Source: Ramazzottius varieornatus
Taxonomy: Eukaryota; Animalia; Tardigrada
Assembly: GCA_001949185.1 (NCBI GenBank)
Contig: BDGG01000001.1
Location: 1,920,478 to 1,984,477 of the forward strand
Direction: 5' to 3'
Length of the DNA: 64,000 nt
Below, piece by piece: positions 18,889 to 30,732 of this stretch. Every line of letters starts with the position of its first letter. The stretch's first letter is position 1. Both the position numbers and the translations under genes were made by a program. The notes beneath the pieces were generated by a model. The model was not told the origin of the DNA. It worked only from the letters and a program-made list of their open reading frames with translations, and did not search any database.

Positions 18889-21285
18889 ATGGAGAAGTCC
18901 GAGAAGATGGAGATGCTGCCTGTCCCTGATGACGAGGCTCCCCCACCGCCGCCGCCGAAAGTTACATTTGACGATATCCTGGCTACCGTCGGGAATTTTG
19001 GGATCTATCAGAAGCTCGTTGTGTTCTTGGTCATCTTACCGATGGTTCTTCCCTCCGGATTCTTGTCCATGTCGTCGGTAAGATAGATTGTGCAATGTGG
19101 GGCTGGAGTTGCAGTCAGTGTAGGTCATTCTTTGACGTCACGTGGTGTGTCGCGTTTGGAGGTGGATTTGCCATAATTGCGGTATTTTTAGATGCCGTCA
19201 TGCGCGACTGTAGTTCATGTCAAATGTGGCGCAGCAATATCGAATTTTTCTGGACTAGAACTGATATGTGATTGGTCTTCCCACCAGGTATTCTTTGGCG
19301 CCACCCCACATGATTTCACGTGTAACGTCCCAAACGTCACCAGCAACTTTTCTGGGCTTCCGCAGTATGTGTCCAAGCTGGACTGGGAAAAAGAGGTGAA
19401 GGTGTGCCATATGTATATGCTCGAAGAGGCTAACTCGACCCTGCCGTCCGACTGGTTCAACGCCACTGGATTGTACAAGCAAGAAGCATGTGACTATGGC
19501 CATAATTTCAGTGATTTGGCTTACCAATCGACTGTGGTGACAGAATATGATTTGGTCTGCGAAGACCGGATCAAAGGGACGCTTACTTTTACAATGTTCA
19601 CCGTCGGAGGCGTAATCGGTCCGCTAATTTCGGGTAAGAACCTTCCTACAATAACCTGAAATATCAGTGCGGACTGTGTTATGTGTTTGTTGTTTGTAAG
19701 GATATCTGGCGGATCGTTTCGGACGCAGGACGAGTTTCTTCCTCTGCATCGCTTTCCAGAGTGTCTTTGCTATTGCGACGTATTTCTCTCCGGGATACAT
19801 ATGGTTTTACTTTTTCCGTATGATGGTTGGTATGACTAGTTCGGCCACGTTCACTGTACCCTTTGTCCTTCTTCTGGAAATCACTGGACCGCAGCATCGC
19901 GCGTTGTTCAGCGTGCTATCGTCGGTGACTTATACCATCGGGTCGCTCATTTTCCTTGGCATCGCCTTCCTCATTCGGGACTGGCGGAAACTGGCTCTTG
20001 CCACTTCGTTAACGGCTCTCGGACTCTACTGTTCACTTTGCTGGTTTTTTCCTGAATCCCCGCGATGGCTGCTGAGTATGCGAAGCTAACCAAAATTTTC
20101 AGTAACTAATTCGACATGAGCAAACGAACTCGACAAGATTGTTTTTCTGAATGGCGCACTATTGCAGCTAATAACAACGGGAAAGTGTGCCACTTCGGAA
20201 AACAGTCCTAACTCTACCAGTACGCTGTTCCAAGCGGCGCACGCTTCCAGCCAATAACAGTGAGAACGTGCGCCACATTGTTATTGGCATTGAAACCAAC
20301 CTCGTTGAGTTCGTTTGCTGACCTCCCACTTCGAACTAATCGTTCGGGTTTTTCGAAATCATGGAACTTATTCTTTTTTTGGTTTTCAGGCCGAAGGAGA
20401 TTGAAAGAGTTGGAAGTGTATCTGCGCAACGTGGCTCGAGTAAACCGGATCGAACTGACACCGCAGTTCGACAAAGACCTTCCATTGATGCTACAAAGAA
20501 TCGACCTAAACGAAAATTCCCGTCGAAAGAACCACTCTGTCCTCGACCTCTTCCGCACTCCCAACATGCGGAAGAAGACCCTCATCCTCATTTTCCTCAA
20601 CATCTGCAACAAGGGTGTTTCCATGGGCCTCAACTATTACGCACCGCTCTTCTCCACCACCCCTCACCGGCGCGCTTTCCTCAACTCGGTCGTCGAGTTC
20701 ATCCCCTACATTTTCGCCAAGAGCATGTTCAACCGCCTAGGACGAAGACTCTCCCTCTTTCTCGGTCTTTCCGTCGGGGCCATTTGTTGTCTAAGCACCT
20801 ACGCTGTACCTAAAGATTTCGCGAACGTCACTCTAGTCTTAACTCTCGTTGCTAAATTCTGCATCACTTTCACGTACCTTGGTGGGAAGCTCTTCGAAGA
20901 CGAGACGTTCCCCACAGTGGTTCGCGGCGAAGGACATTCTCTTGTTAGCGTTCTGTCGTCCTCCGTCTCGTGTGGTGTTCCGTTCATCGTCGACCTCGGT
21001 CATAACTTTACGATACTCCCTCTGTTAATCTTCGGTAGTCTGTGTTTTGTAGCAGCTTCGAGTCTGATTTTCCTCCCAGAAACAGCCAACTTCCGGTTGC
21101 CGCAGACGCTGTCGGACGGGGAGAGCTTTGGGAAGAACATGACATGGAAAGACAGGCTGAGGTTACTGCCGCTGAAACCCGCAGAAAGTACTCCTGTAGT
21201 CAACGGGACTGTGGAGGAAAGGGAAGAGCTGACGGCCCCCAAAGCGAATGTCAACGAAGTTACGGCGAAAGAAGTTTTGGCCTAG
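18889..21285 (+). CDS. SLC22/Orct-type organic cation (MFS) transporter, multi-exon
   Basis: FDDILATVGNFGIYQK, STVVTEYDLVC, YLADRFGRR, RDWRKL, PESPRWLL, LDLFRTPNMRK, FPTVVRG, FLPET. Confidence 0.9.
20118..20320. repeat. Palindromic element copy 7, double unit (SLC22 intron)
   Basis: aatggcgcac...gtgtgccactt, then caagcggcgcac...gtgcgccacat, inside gcaaacgaactc...gagttcgtttgc arms. Confidence 0.88.
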
Positions 21286-21590
21286 GATAATAACATTGAT
21301 TTCTATTGGACGTTTTTTGACTTAATTCCGATCCCCTCACAACCTGTGTGATATTTGTTTGTTATCTCTTACCTTGATTTTCAAATCTCAATTGTGTCTG
21401 CGGCTGCTGATGTTGGTGGTAATCTGGTTTTTGGATTTTGATATTATCGTAATGATTGTTTTTGATTTCTAACTGACGCGGAAGTTTTTCGACCCGACTT
21501 GACGGATTTGCTAGCTGCTTCGTCTCTTCATTCTGAATCTGTGTATCGACTACGAATAATCTGTTTTTCTTGCCTTCTTACGTAATCTGA

Positions 21591-24003
21591 CAAGGGATTA
21601 ACGCCAGTCTGTTCACTCTGATCCTCAAACCAATATGATAGCATGATAGAGCAGAGTTTGCTCCACAAACTGAGATAAACTAAATCGGCGAAATAAAATC
21701 CTGGAAGACGCCACAGGAAGCGGAAGTGACGTCAAATTCAGGGCGCATCACCAGTGTGACAGCAAATCAACTGATTTGATTGCCTGATGGTTGCTTTGAT
21801 ATTGATTGAACCAGTTGCGCTTGTACTCTACGCTAAGCCAAGCGCAATCAGTTTTGCTGTGCCTGTTGCTTCATTGCTCTTACATTCATCGTTCCGTTAC
21901 TGCGTGATTTCCACTGTCGCCCGAAATGGATTCCGTTAATCCGATGAATGTGTTGAAGCTTCTGGAGGAGGACTACAAGCAGCTCTTCCAACTGGATGGA
22001 CAACCGAGCGAGGCTGATAAGCAGTTAAAAGAACTCGTCAAAGGTATTGTACTGTTGCCGTTTACTATGGCTGACATTGATATGAGATATTCCACCTTTC
22101 TGTTTCTGTTTCAGAATTTATGGATGTTAAAATCAACCGAGCAGGTAGTTCTTCATTGGCACTTGAAGAAGACCTGCAATATGAACTGCAAACAGACATA
22201 CAGACGTTCGACGAGTTCGAGAAGTTGGTTGCTGCGTCTAATCAGCTGGCTGAACCCGACGAAAATCCTAGCCAAGAAGATAAAGTCGTCGAGCCTTTCT
22301 CCAGTGGAACGAAACCATCGTCCAACGAATTCTATGTCCCGCGAATACCGAACTCAAAACAGCCGCCAAGTAACGCAGTCACCCTCGACTACAAGAAACG
22401 CTCCGTCGGTTTCTGGAAGAATTTCGCTACGAAGAAACGACGTAGCCTTTCGTGTGTCCAGACCAACTTCAAGAAAGTCACAAGTATTCGACAACTCCAA
22501 AAATGGGAACGACATGTTGCTGAGGGCGGTTCCAGATATGATAAGCTGAAGGTACTGCGTTTGGAGACTGGCAAGCAGTTCTTCCTGGCCAAGCAGAAGC
22601 CTCATATTGTGAAAGATATGGATATTCGACGTTGGGCTGTTACTGCGAACCGAACCATTGGCCTGGTAGGTTTCAAGGCGTTTCCGGACTGGGTGGGAAA
22701 GTTGAAGAGGTAAACACATTGAAGTATTAAAATCAAATATGTATCATTGCTTACGCAGATCACTTCAACCGAGAATTTCGCTCACGAGTTACTGCGCCAC
22801 ACTAACGGGGTCGATATTGTAGGTATTACGGCATCGTCGATCGGAAGATCACCAAGTTCGTGACCGACAAGTACATTCAAGAAGCTCCGCAAGTAAAGAA
22901 AACTGCGGAGGAGTGTGTCGCCCTTGTCAGATCGAGGATCTCAGATTACGGCTTGGACTGTATGTGGAACACGGATCAGTCTGGGTTCGATTACGAGATG
23001 AGACCAGGGCGCACACTGCATCTGGCCGGCGCAAAACATGTTCTTGCGATCTGTCAGTCGGAGAACTCCATGACGCATAGCTACACGGTTATGATGACCA
23101 TTTCGCCCGGCACGCGCAAGTTTCTCCCACAACTTTGGATCACTCTCCAGGAGGACAAAGGCGTTTTCGGTCCTATTGTGGCAAGGACAATGTTTAAAGC
23201 TGACAACCTGTATGTCACTGCTTCGGCTTCGGGCAAGATGACAAAGAAGCTCTACTTGGAATGGTGTGAAAAGATATTGTTTTCTCATGTGGAAGATCGC
23301 TGCATTCTGCTGGCCGATTCGTGGAGAACCTATTCTGACCAGGAAGCTGTTTCGGAATTCAAGCCTGAAGAACTGGAATACGAAATGATCACGATTCCTC
23401 CGAAAGTGATTGGTGATATCCAACCACTGGACAGACTCTTCTTCCGAATGTATAAAGACTTCTTCCGGAAGATCTCCAGTTTCATCATTTTGCACAGCCT
23501 TCCACTTCAAGTTCATCATCGAGACGTAATCCTCAAGATGCTTTCTTTGATTTACCAACAGTTCAGTCTCCCCGGTTTGGAGACCTAGTGAACCAGGCCT
23601 GGCATCTGTGCGGCTATACTGACGAGTCCTTTAACTATGTAAATCCTACCGAATTCTCTTTCCCCAAGAAGTTGACTGGTCATTGCGACCATGAAAACTG
23701 CGACGACCGGCTTTTGCTTAAGTGCGGCTGGTGCAAAGCCCTCTCTGCTTCCATCACTTCTACGATCAGTATCACCTCTGTCAAATTTATCTTCCATGAG
23801 TTCTGTGAAATTTTAGACTGTGCTAGTATAGTTGGTCATGTCATGTCGATGTAAGAATTTGACGTCACTTCCGCTTCCTGTGGCGTCTTCCAGGATTTTA
23901 TTTCGCCGATTTAGTTCATCTCAGTTTGTGGAGCAAACTCTGCTCTATCATGCTATCATATTGGTTTGAGGATCAGAGTGGACAGACTGGCGTTAATCCC
24001 TTG
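21591..24003. mobile_element. Tc4/Tc5-like (pogo-related) DNA transposon, 2413 bp
   Basis: 149-bp TIRs 21591-21739 and 23855-24003 with 2 mismatches, starting CAAGGG. TGA on both sides (21588-21590, 24004-24006), so the empty site is CTGAG. Internal DDE transposase. Confidence 0.93.
21926..23799 (+). pseudogene. Intron-containing Tc5-type DDE transposase with two C-terminal frameshifts
   Basis: Exons ~21926-22043, 22115-22709, 22823 onward. HTH/CENP-B-like region, then WNTDQSGF...GRTL...THSYTVM...LLADSW...IPPK...QPLD. Frameshifts near 23567 (FS|PRFGDLVNQAW) and 23743 (CKA|LCFHHF...HLC). Confidence 0.8.
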
Positions 24004-24632
24004 TGAGTACCCTGATCATAAAACTCCGAATAAGTTATCAAGTTTTGTACGAAAAACTGTATGAGAACGACATGATGATGTCTTTCTCAACTTCTGACAA
24101 GTAACAAAAGCAGATTAAGGAGTGGTCTAGCTGGTCTTTGTATGGGAAGAACCAGGATGTCCGTCGGAGACTTCGAGGTGGGACAGACCAACGACTGAAA
24201 AGTTTGAAAACCTCATCCAACTGGGATGACCTTTACCTGTGCCAGGCGGTGCCGCCGCGCACCCAGGGCGGTGGCACAGGCCCACTTTTTCCGCCCAGCC
24301 GCCCAGGGTTTCTTATGTGAACTTTGGTCAAAAGGTTTGTTTGCGTTTTCTTATTCTTCAATCTCCATCGCTATGTCTAATCTCAGATGCAAACGTGATG
24401 GGTGATGCTCTTCGGATTTCATCTTCGTCCTGCCAGCTTCAAGGACCATAGACCATTGCTTCTGCCATTGTCACCGTCGATTCCCCATCACGAAGAGTGC
24501 AATAGGAATTTGGGAAATCCCTTCCGCCGTTCAACCGTGATCCTGAATTTTTTTCGGATCGTCCATCTCGATTCTCGTCGCTTATGTGAAGTAGGATACG
24601 TTTGAACGAACAAGTCCAGCAGCAAGAACAAA

Positions 24633-27600
24633 ATGGATCATAGTGGGACTGTCGCGTTTACCGTGGGCGAATTCAGCTCTGAAGATACTGTAAGTCCCGT
24701 TCAGAATCTATCCTGGCTTTGCAGAAAACAGTTTGGTTCATTCTTGCAGAAGTCTCCTGCTTCTAACCTCAGTAAGAATGGCGCAGACACTTTGTGGACA
24801 TCCAGTTCACCCGGAACATCACAGGAATCCGTCGTACTCAAGGTAAAGTGAGATGAGAGCTCGGCAGACAAACTCGACAAGATTCTTTTCTCAAGTGGCG
24901 GACGTCTCCACTGTTATTTGCTGGAAGCTTGCGCCAATTGGGAAACGTTCTTGTCGAGTTTGTTTAGGTCCCAAAGTTACGGAACAATGTCACAAGCCAT
25001 GGAACAATTTTGAGTGGTTATTTTTGGTTGTATCTTTTAGCTGGAAGCTCCGTCAAAGCTACAAGGTATCCATGTCGTCAACAATTTCTCCGGTCTCCTC
25101 GAAGTACAAGCGACAAAGTCTTCGTCAAAGAATGACGAATGGGAGACGATCGTAGCCAAGTCCTCTCTTATGACTCCCATGGATGCCCGAGCCAAGAGGA
25201 ATGGACATGTCAAACGCGACCTCACACTCTTGCCTCTAGCAGAAGAACACGAATGGAGCAAACTCAAGTTCGTCTGCCACCAACCCTTCAGCAAGGAACT
25301 TCCTTACGGACTAAGCAGAATTCAAATAACCGCAGCCGAGAACAATGCTTCAGAAGACAAGCCTAAGCAGAACGGGGGTGGTTTCTCTTTGAGAAAGAAG
25401 GCGAACAGTAACGAGATCAAGCCTGGAAGTCTCTTCGCGTCTTCGCTCAAGAAGGAAGAATTAACCGGAAGTAAGTCGGCAGTACAAGCCGCTTTGTCTT
25501 CTTCGAGACAGACGAAGTCGCGGTCACCTTCGCCGAAACCAGAGACTAGTCGAGTAGCTTCGGTGAAGAAGGAGGACAAGGAAGAGGAGGTTGACAACGT
25601 AGCTAAACAAATGAAACCGTTAAGTCTGAAGCGAAAAACGGAACCTTCAACGGATGAGGAAACTGAGGACAGCAAAGGTAAGAAGTCGCTACCGAAGAAG
25701 AGTAAGTCTCCGTCGAAACGAAACAAGCGAAAGAAAGAGGATACTGATGAGGAAGACGAAGGAAGAGGGAAGGAAAAGAGTAAGAAGAATGGGAAAGTGA
25801 AAGACGTGAAGAAGGCGAACGCGTCGAAGAAGCAGAAAGCCACAGACGACGAAGAGGAAGTTGACAGCAAGAAGAAAGCAAGAACGAAGAAGCCCTCGCC
25901 GAAAAAAAGGAAGAAGGACGAAGACGACGATACCGACGATGATCAACCAAGAACGTCGAAGAAGAAGACTGAGAAGAAGGACGAGAAGAAGAAAACAGGA
26001 AGAGTGAGGTCGAGGAAGGCGGAAGTTGACGAGGATGAGGAGGCTGCCAGTTCTAACCGTCCTGGATCGCGACAAGGTATCTAAGTCAGTGCCCAAACGA
26101 TGACGGTGGCGGGATGGTTGGTAGGAAGTGTATTTTGTATCTGTAGGTAACCGAAAGGACATCATGAAGGGCTGTGTCATTGCGTTGAGTGGATTCGCGA
26201 ATCCTCTACGTGGAGAACTTCGAGAGAACGCGATAGAAATGGGTGCGAAGTACCGACCGAACTGGACTGACGACTGCACTCACTTGATGTAAGTTGAACA
26301 ACAAGACAAATGTAGAAAAATGACAGTTCCCTTTTCGGCGTACCGTAACCATGTTCAAAACGAGCTGATAATGCATGATACGAAACAGTAATAAATTGAT
26401 CATGTTCGCGGGATTGTTTTTCTACAGAATGTATACTGTACACATCTCAGTGTTGGTTTTTTTATAGCTGCGCCTTCGCCAACACGCCAAAGTATAACGA
26501 GGTACGAGCAGCTGGTGGAAGGATCCTAAAAAAAGAGTGGGTCTTGGACTGCTGCAAGAACAAGAAGATGATGCCGTGGAGGAATTACATGCTAAAACCT
26601 GTCAAAGAGTCCCAGGATGACGAGAACGATGAACTAGAGGACGCCAAGTTCGACGAGGACGAAGAATGGGGTACGTTTTCTTATCTTCCGTTTTCAGCGA
26701 TGATCGCTATTTGGAGGCAAAGGCACTAAGTCGGACCCCCTGAGTTTTGCCTGTGTGACGTCACTGCACGGTGGGGTGTATTCATAGCAGTGGCCGATAC
26801 GCCCATCTTGCCCCCAGCGCGATTGCTAGCGAAAAATATTTGGTCTATCTTATGTCTGCTTGCAGAACCTGACGAGGTTGACGAGGAGGTGGTGGAGGAC
26901 GATGAAGAGGAAGAAGATGAACTGTCTGGAGAAGATGACGAAGAGAATATCGAAGACGAACTGAAAGATCCAGATGACGAGGAGAACGACGAGGAAGAAA
27001 CGGACGAAGGCGATGAGATAGACGAACTTCCCCTCACTCCGCCCGGCAAACCAAAGAAGAAAGCCTCTCCCGTCAAACGAAGGAAAGGCGGCGTACATTT
27101 TGATGGAGATGATACCGACACGGACATGTCGGAAGGGCAGTTGGACCTGACCGACACGGAAGAAGCCGACATTCCTGCTGAGAAGTTCGTTCCGCGTTCG
27201 CGACCGCTGTTCAGAGGCTGTGGCTTCTTCCTGTATGGTGATTTTCCTGATGACGAGAAGAAGAAGCTGGAAACAGCCATAAAGGACCTTGCGGGAGAAG
27301 TCAGGGAGTATAACGATGAGAAAGTGACGCATTGTGTTACGCTGATGAGCTGGCTTCCTGACTTCGACGAGGTAAATTTGAGAGAGGAGGCCAAATGGCG
27401 ACAAACCGAACGCGCGAAACCGTCACTCTAGGTGGCGCACGCCTCCGGCCTCGGCAATGGGAACGTGCGCCACGTGGGAGAAGGATCTTGTACGTTCCGT
27501 CTCCGAGCTGCCAAATACGCCTTTCTAAACCTTATGGTTGCTTTTTCTGTAGGCGAAAGCAGAGAACCCAACGCTAGCCATTGTACAGCCTAGCTGGGTG

Positions 27601-27666
27601 TACCAGTGTCAGGAGAAAATGACGCTTCTGGATCCAAGAGACTTCAAGCCGAAAAAGGGAAGCTGA
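24633..27666 (+). CDS. XRCC1: DNA repair scaffold XRCC1 (N-terminal domain, BRCT1, BRCT2)
   Basis: NTD ...SSLMTPMDAR...KFVCHQPFSKELPYGLS. BRCT1 VIALSGFANPLRGELRENAIEMGAKYRPNWTDDCTHLICAFANTPKY. BRCT2 FRGCGFFLYGDFP...VQPSWVYQC. Confidence 0.93.
24860..24967. repeat. Palindromic element copy 8 (XRCC1 intron)
   Basis: aaactcgacaagattcttttctcaagtggcggac...ttgcgccaattgggaaacgttcttgtcgagttt. Confidence 0.88.
27397..27508. repeat. Palindromic element copy 9 (XRCC1 intron)
   Basis: aggtggcgcacg...cgtgcgccacgtgggagaaggatcttg. Confidence 0.8.
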
Positions 27667-28016
27667 AAACGGTATCGCTGGCTCGTTCGGGCGAATGTTT
27701 CATTTCCAAGTCTGTATTATTTTCTTTTTATCGGTTTATCGCGTCTATTCAGTCAGGCCACCCTAAGTTTTCCGATCTTTTTGCCCCTTTTATTTATTCA
27801 CTGTCAGGCTGTACACAGATTTGATATCCTTACTCTTCGTCCAAAGGCGTTACTTTCTTCCTCGTTTTTAGCTCATATGTTCCAAAGCAACACAGTTACA
27901 TATAGTATGGGCAAAAGCAATCTCACTCTTTAGAGTTCCGTGGGTATTTGGAACATGCCAAAACACTCGTCAAAGTAAAATCACACAGAAAATGCCTCGA
28001 GCTCGTCAGTCGAGTT

Positions 28017-29167
28017 TCAGTGGTGGTACGTGGATGTTCCCTCGTAGCCTACGTCCGTTAAGACTTTCCTTTCGTAAAACATCTTGGAGGCATACAATTG
28101 ACGAGGAAACTCGTATCTGTGAGGCCATTGTGTATCACCCTGCAAACGGTACCACAGTCTATACAGCGTCGACCAAATATAAACTATTATTCAAGAACGG
28201 AGAAGAGAAAACCTAGGCGAACTTACGGGATACATAATCGGCTTAGACCTGCGAACATAAAAAAGAAAATCTTGTAGGGCTTATCTGCGTTTGCTTCTAA
28301 CCAGAAGTCAGTAGAGACTACTTCCGGCGTGGCTACAGTAATAGCGAAATTCTAATCTCTTTGTGTGAGCGAAGAATTCAAACATACCATTTGGACACCC
28401 ATCCTCCTTGCCTCTCCCACGTCTAAAAATAAAAAGTGAAAGTCTTTCCCTTAGTTCCATTACGAAAGGCCCCTCTTACCCCTTCGTTATACTTCAACAT
28501 CCACCATATTCCGCAGACTGCCAGATAGCCCAATATTCCTTTGGGAATAATGTGTCTGGCCCAGTATGCAGGACGCTCACCCTGCAAGAACTCGAGCTCA
28601 TTCAACGTACAGAACATCGCAGTTGCCTCTTTGAAAGATATTTAAGAACTCGGCCATCCAAGTCGAAAGATCGTCTTCCCGAATGGTGCAGGCTCCCAGG
28701 CAACATCAGTGAGAAAGTGCGCCACTTGAAAAAAAATCTTGTCCAGTTTTCAAGTGGCGCACGCACCAGCCTTTGTCACTGGAAACGTGCGCCACTTTGA
28801 CAACGATCTGGTCCAGTTTGTTTGCCGAGCTTCATTTCGAATCAGGCGGAAATCGCCGCTATCTACCGTGTATCCTGAGGTTACTTACGATGACAGGTCC
28901 TAGTTTGTCCAAGAATATGTAATTCAAAGGTGTTTTATACAATCGCTGGATAGGGTTGGTGAGCAATCTGTCCAGCTCGGGTATATATTTGGGCTCCTCG
29001 GGTGCCAGCTCTTGATCTTTGCACCACTTCTCGCGCCATTCCCGTTCATCCATAGTCATGCCACTGCCGTGCAGACGCTCGCGTTCTTCGGCCACTCGCC
29101 CGTGAATGGTCATGGGACGATCCCCAAAGTAGTTTGCATTTGGACCCTTCCCTCGATATTCAGCCAT
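28017..29167 (-). CDS. NDUFB6: NADH dehydrogenase 1 beta subcomplex subunit 6 (B17), with micro-exons
   Basis: PMTIHGRVAEERERL..MT.DEREWREKWCKDQELAPEEP...NPIQRLYKTPL, TM segment then KYN, micro-exons TWERQGGW and SKPIMYP, then GD. Confidence 0.8.
28649..28830. repeat. Palindromic element copy 10, double unit (NDUFB6 intron)
   Basis: aatggtgcag...gtgcgccacttg, then caagtggcgcac-N24-gtgcgccactt...gtttgtttgccgag. Confidence 0.9.
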
Positions 29168-29767
29168 GGTAAATATGTTGATCGTTACAACTCACAACAC
29201 CTGTAAATCGTAGAGGATAAGAACCATTAAGCTCCCCCACTTTTATACTTCGCATGTATTGCCTTGTTCCTACATGGAAGATTGCAAACAAGAAACACAG
29301 GATACAAACGGGAGCATGGAACTCTTCGCCACTCACCTACACACTTGGTGACGGCCTTGCAAACGGCCCCCACTGACTTCCGTCAAAAGCCCTGCACCTG
29401 TCTAGGAATACGTTGGACGGGAAATACGAAAGAGATGTAACGCAGAGGGAAGTGTGCAAAGGACGGCAGTGCCGCTGTAGGGACTAGGGAACAAGGCCAA
29501 AAACTTCGTAAGTCCAGAAAATACACGTATTGGGAGTGGGAAACGGAAAATGTTCAGTTGATTGCGTCAATCAAGAACTGACTCACTCAGCCGAATTATA
29601 GAGGGTCACTCGATAACAACTTGAACCCCCCCCTTTTCTTTCATCCTGTTCGATTAATTGTTGAATCTTCTTCGATCTTCCGAATGATCAACAATCAATG
29701 AAGCGTACCCTAGCTATACTGGGAGTCTGAGGGGTACCGAATTCAGCTTACACAGTTTCACTCACGC

Positions 29768-30215
29768 AAGGACGTATTGAGGTTGGCCGGACGAGATCGC
29801 GAACTTCGCAGATCCACATTTTTTTCCTGAGATACCGTCAAAAATTGCAGGACCCGCAATATTTTACTGCTAAATTCTAAAAATTGCGGGGGGCAATTTC
29901 GATTTTTAATTCAAAATATCCCGAAATGCGATGAAGTTGACGGCTGACGCTATGTTCAGTCAAGAAATCTACAGGAAAGCTAGCCAAGAAGAGATCTGTT
30001 GAGTTTCGATCAAAAATTCAGAGATCTTGCAGGAAACTCCGAAAAGCTCCTAGAAGAGATCACTTCATGGCATTTGACTCCTGCAATTTTTGAAAAAAAT
30101 TGTATCCCAAATACTGCAATTTTTCGCAGACCGTTTAAAAAAGATTGCAGATCCGCAATTTCTAAAACGCGAAATTTCCGCAAGTGCAGAGTTGCTCCCC
30201 CCTTAATACGTCCTT
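29768..30215. mobile_element. Probable non-autonomous DNA transposon relic
   Basis: 15-bp inverted ends AAGGACGTATTGAGG / CCTTAATACGTCCTT and many internal TTGCAG/CCGCAAT motifs. No clear TSD. Confidence 0.5.
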
Positions 30216-30732
30216 ACACTAACTGAAGCAAGCTGGCGGACACTGACAGTGAACGACGTCCGAACTGGCCATCACGGGTCAGTTTCACACCTCACCAAGA
30301 GTGAATTTACGGTCGAGTGGCTATCGTCGTGCAAGTGCGAAGGTATAAACACTTCACACGGATAGTAAAAGAATAAAAAATCAGGAGAGTAAGAGAGTGC
30401 TTCAGAGCAAGACCCCATCGGTGAAAAAATTCTCAAGTGAACGCAGAAGAAGAAAACAAGAAGGGCGTTTCTGCCAAGGAAGCTTTCGCAGGTATCATAT
30501 TCTAACATAAAATTAAACCTCTAGTTACAATCCATAAAACAACAAGCTACTATGCATTCGTACAGTAGACCAAGATCGACCCTGTCGACAACGCAGGACC
30601 CGTCCATCCTGGATCTGTCCAGGAGCGCAGCTTCCCGCGCTATAGTGCATCCTCCAGATCGGCAGGGAGTCTCGATCGGATGGTTGGATCAGAAAGAGAA
30701 AGAGGTTCATACAAACACTTCACTGTAAACCT

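Noticed and set aside
25322-27404. Long antisense ORFs over XRCC1, and similar ones over Nak and the transposase
   Set aside because: Shadow frames of low-complexity coding sequence.
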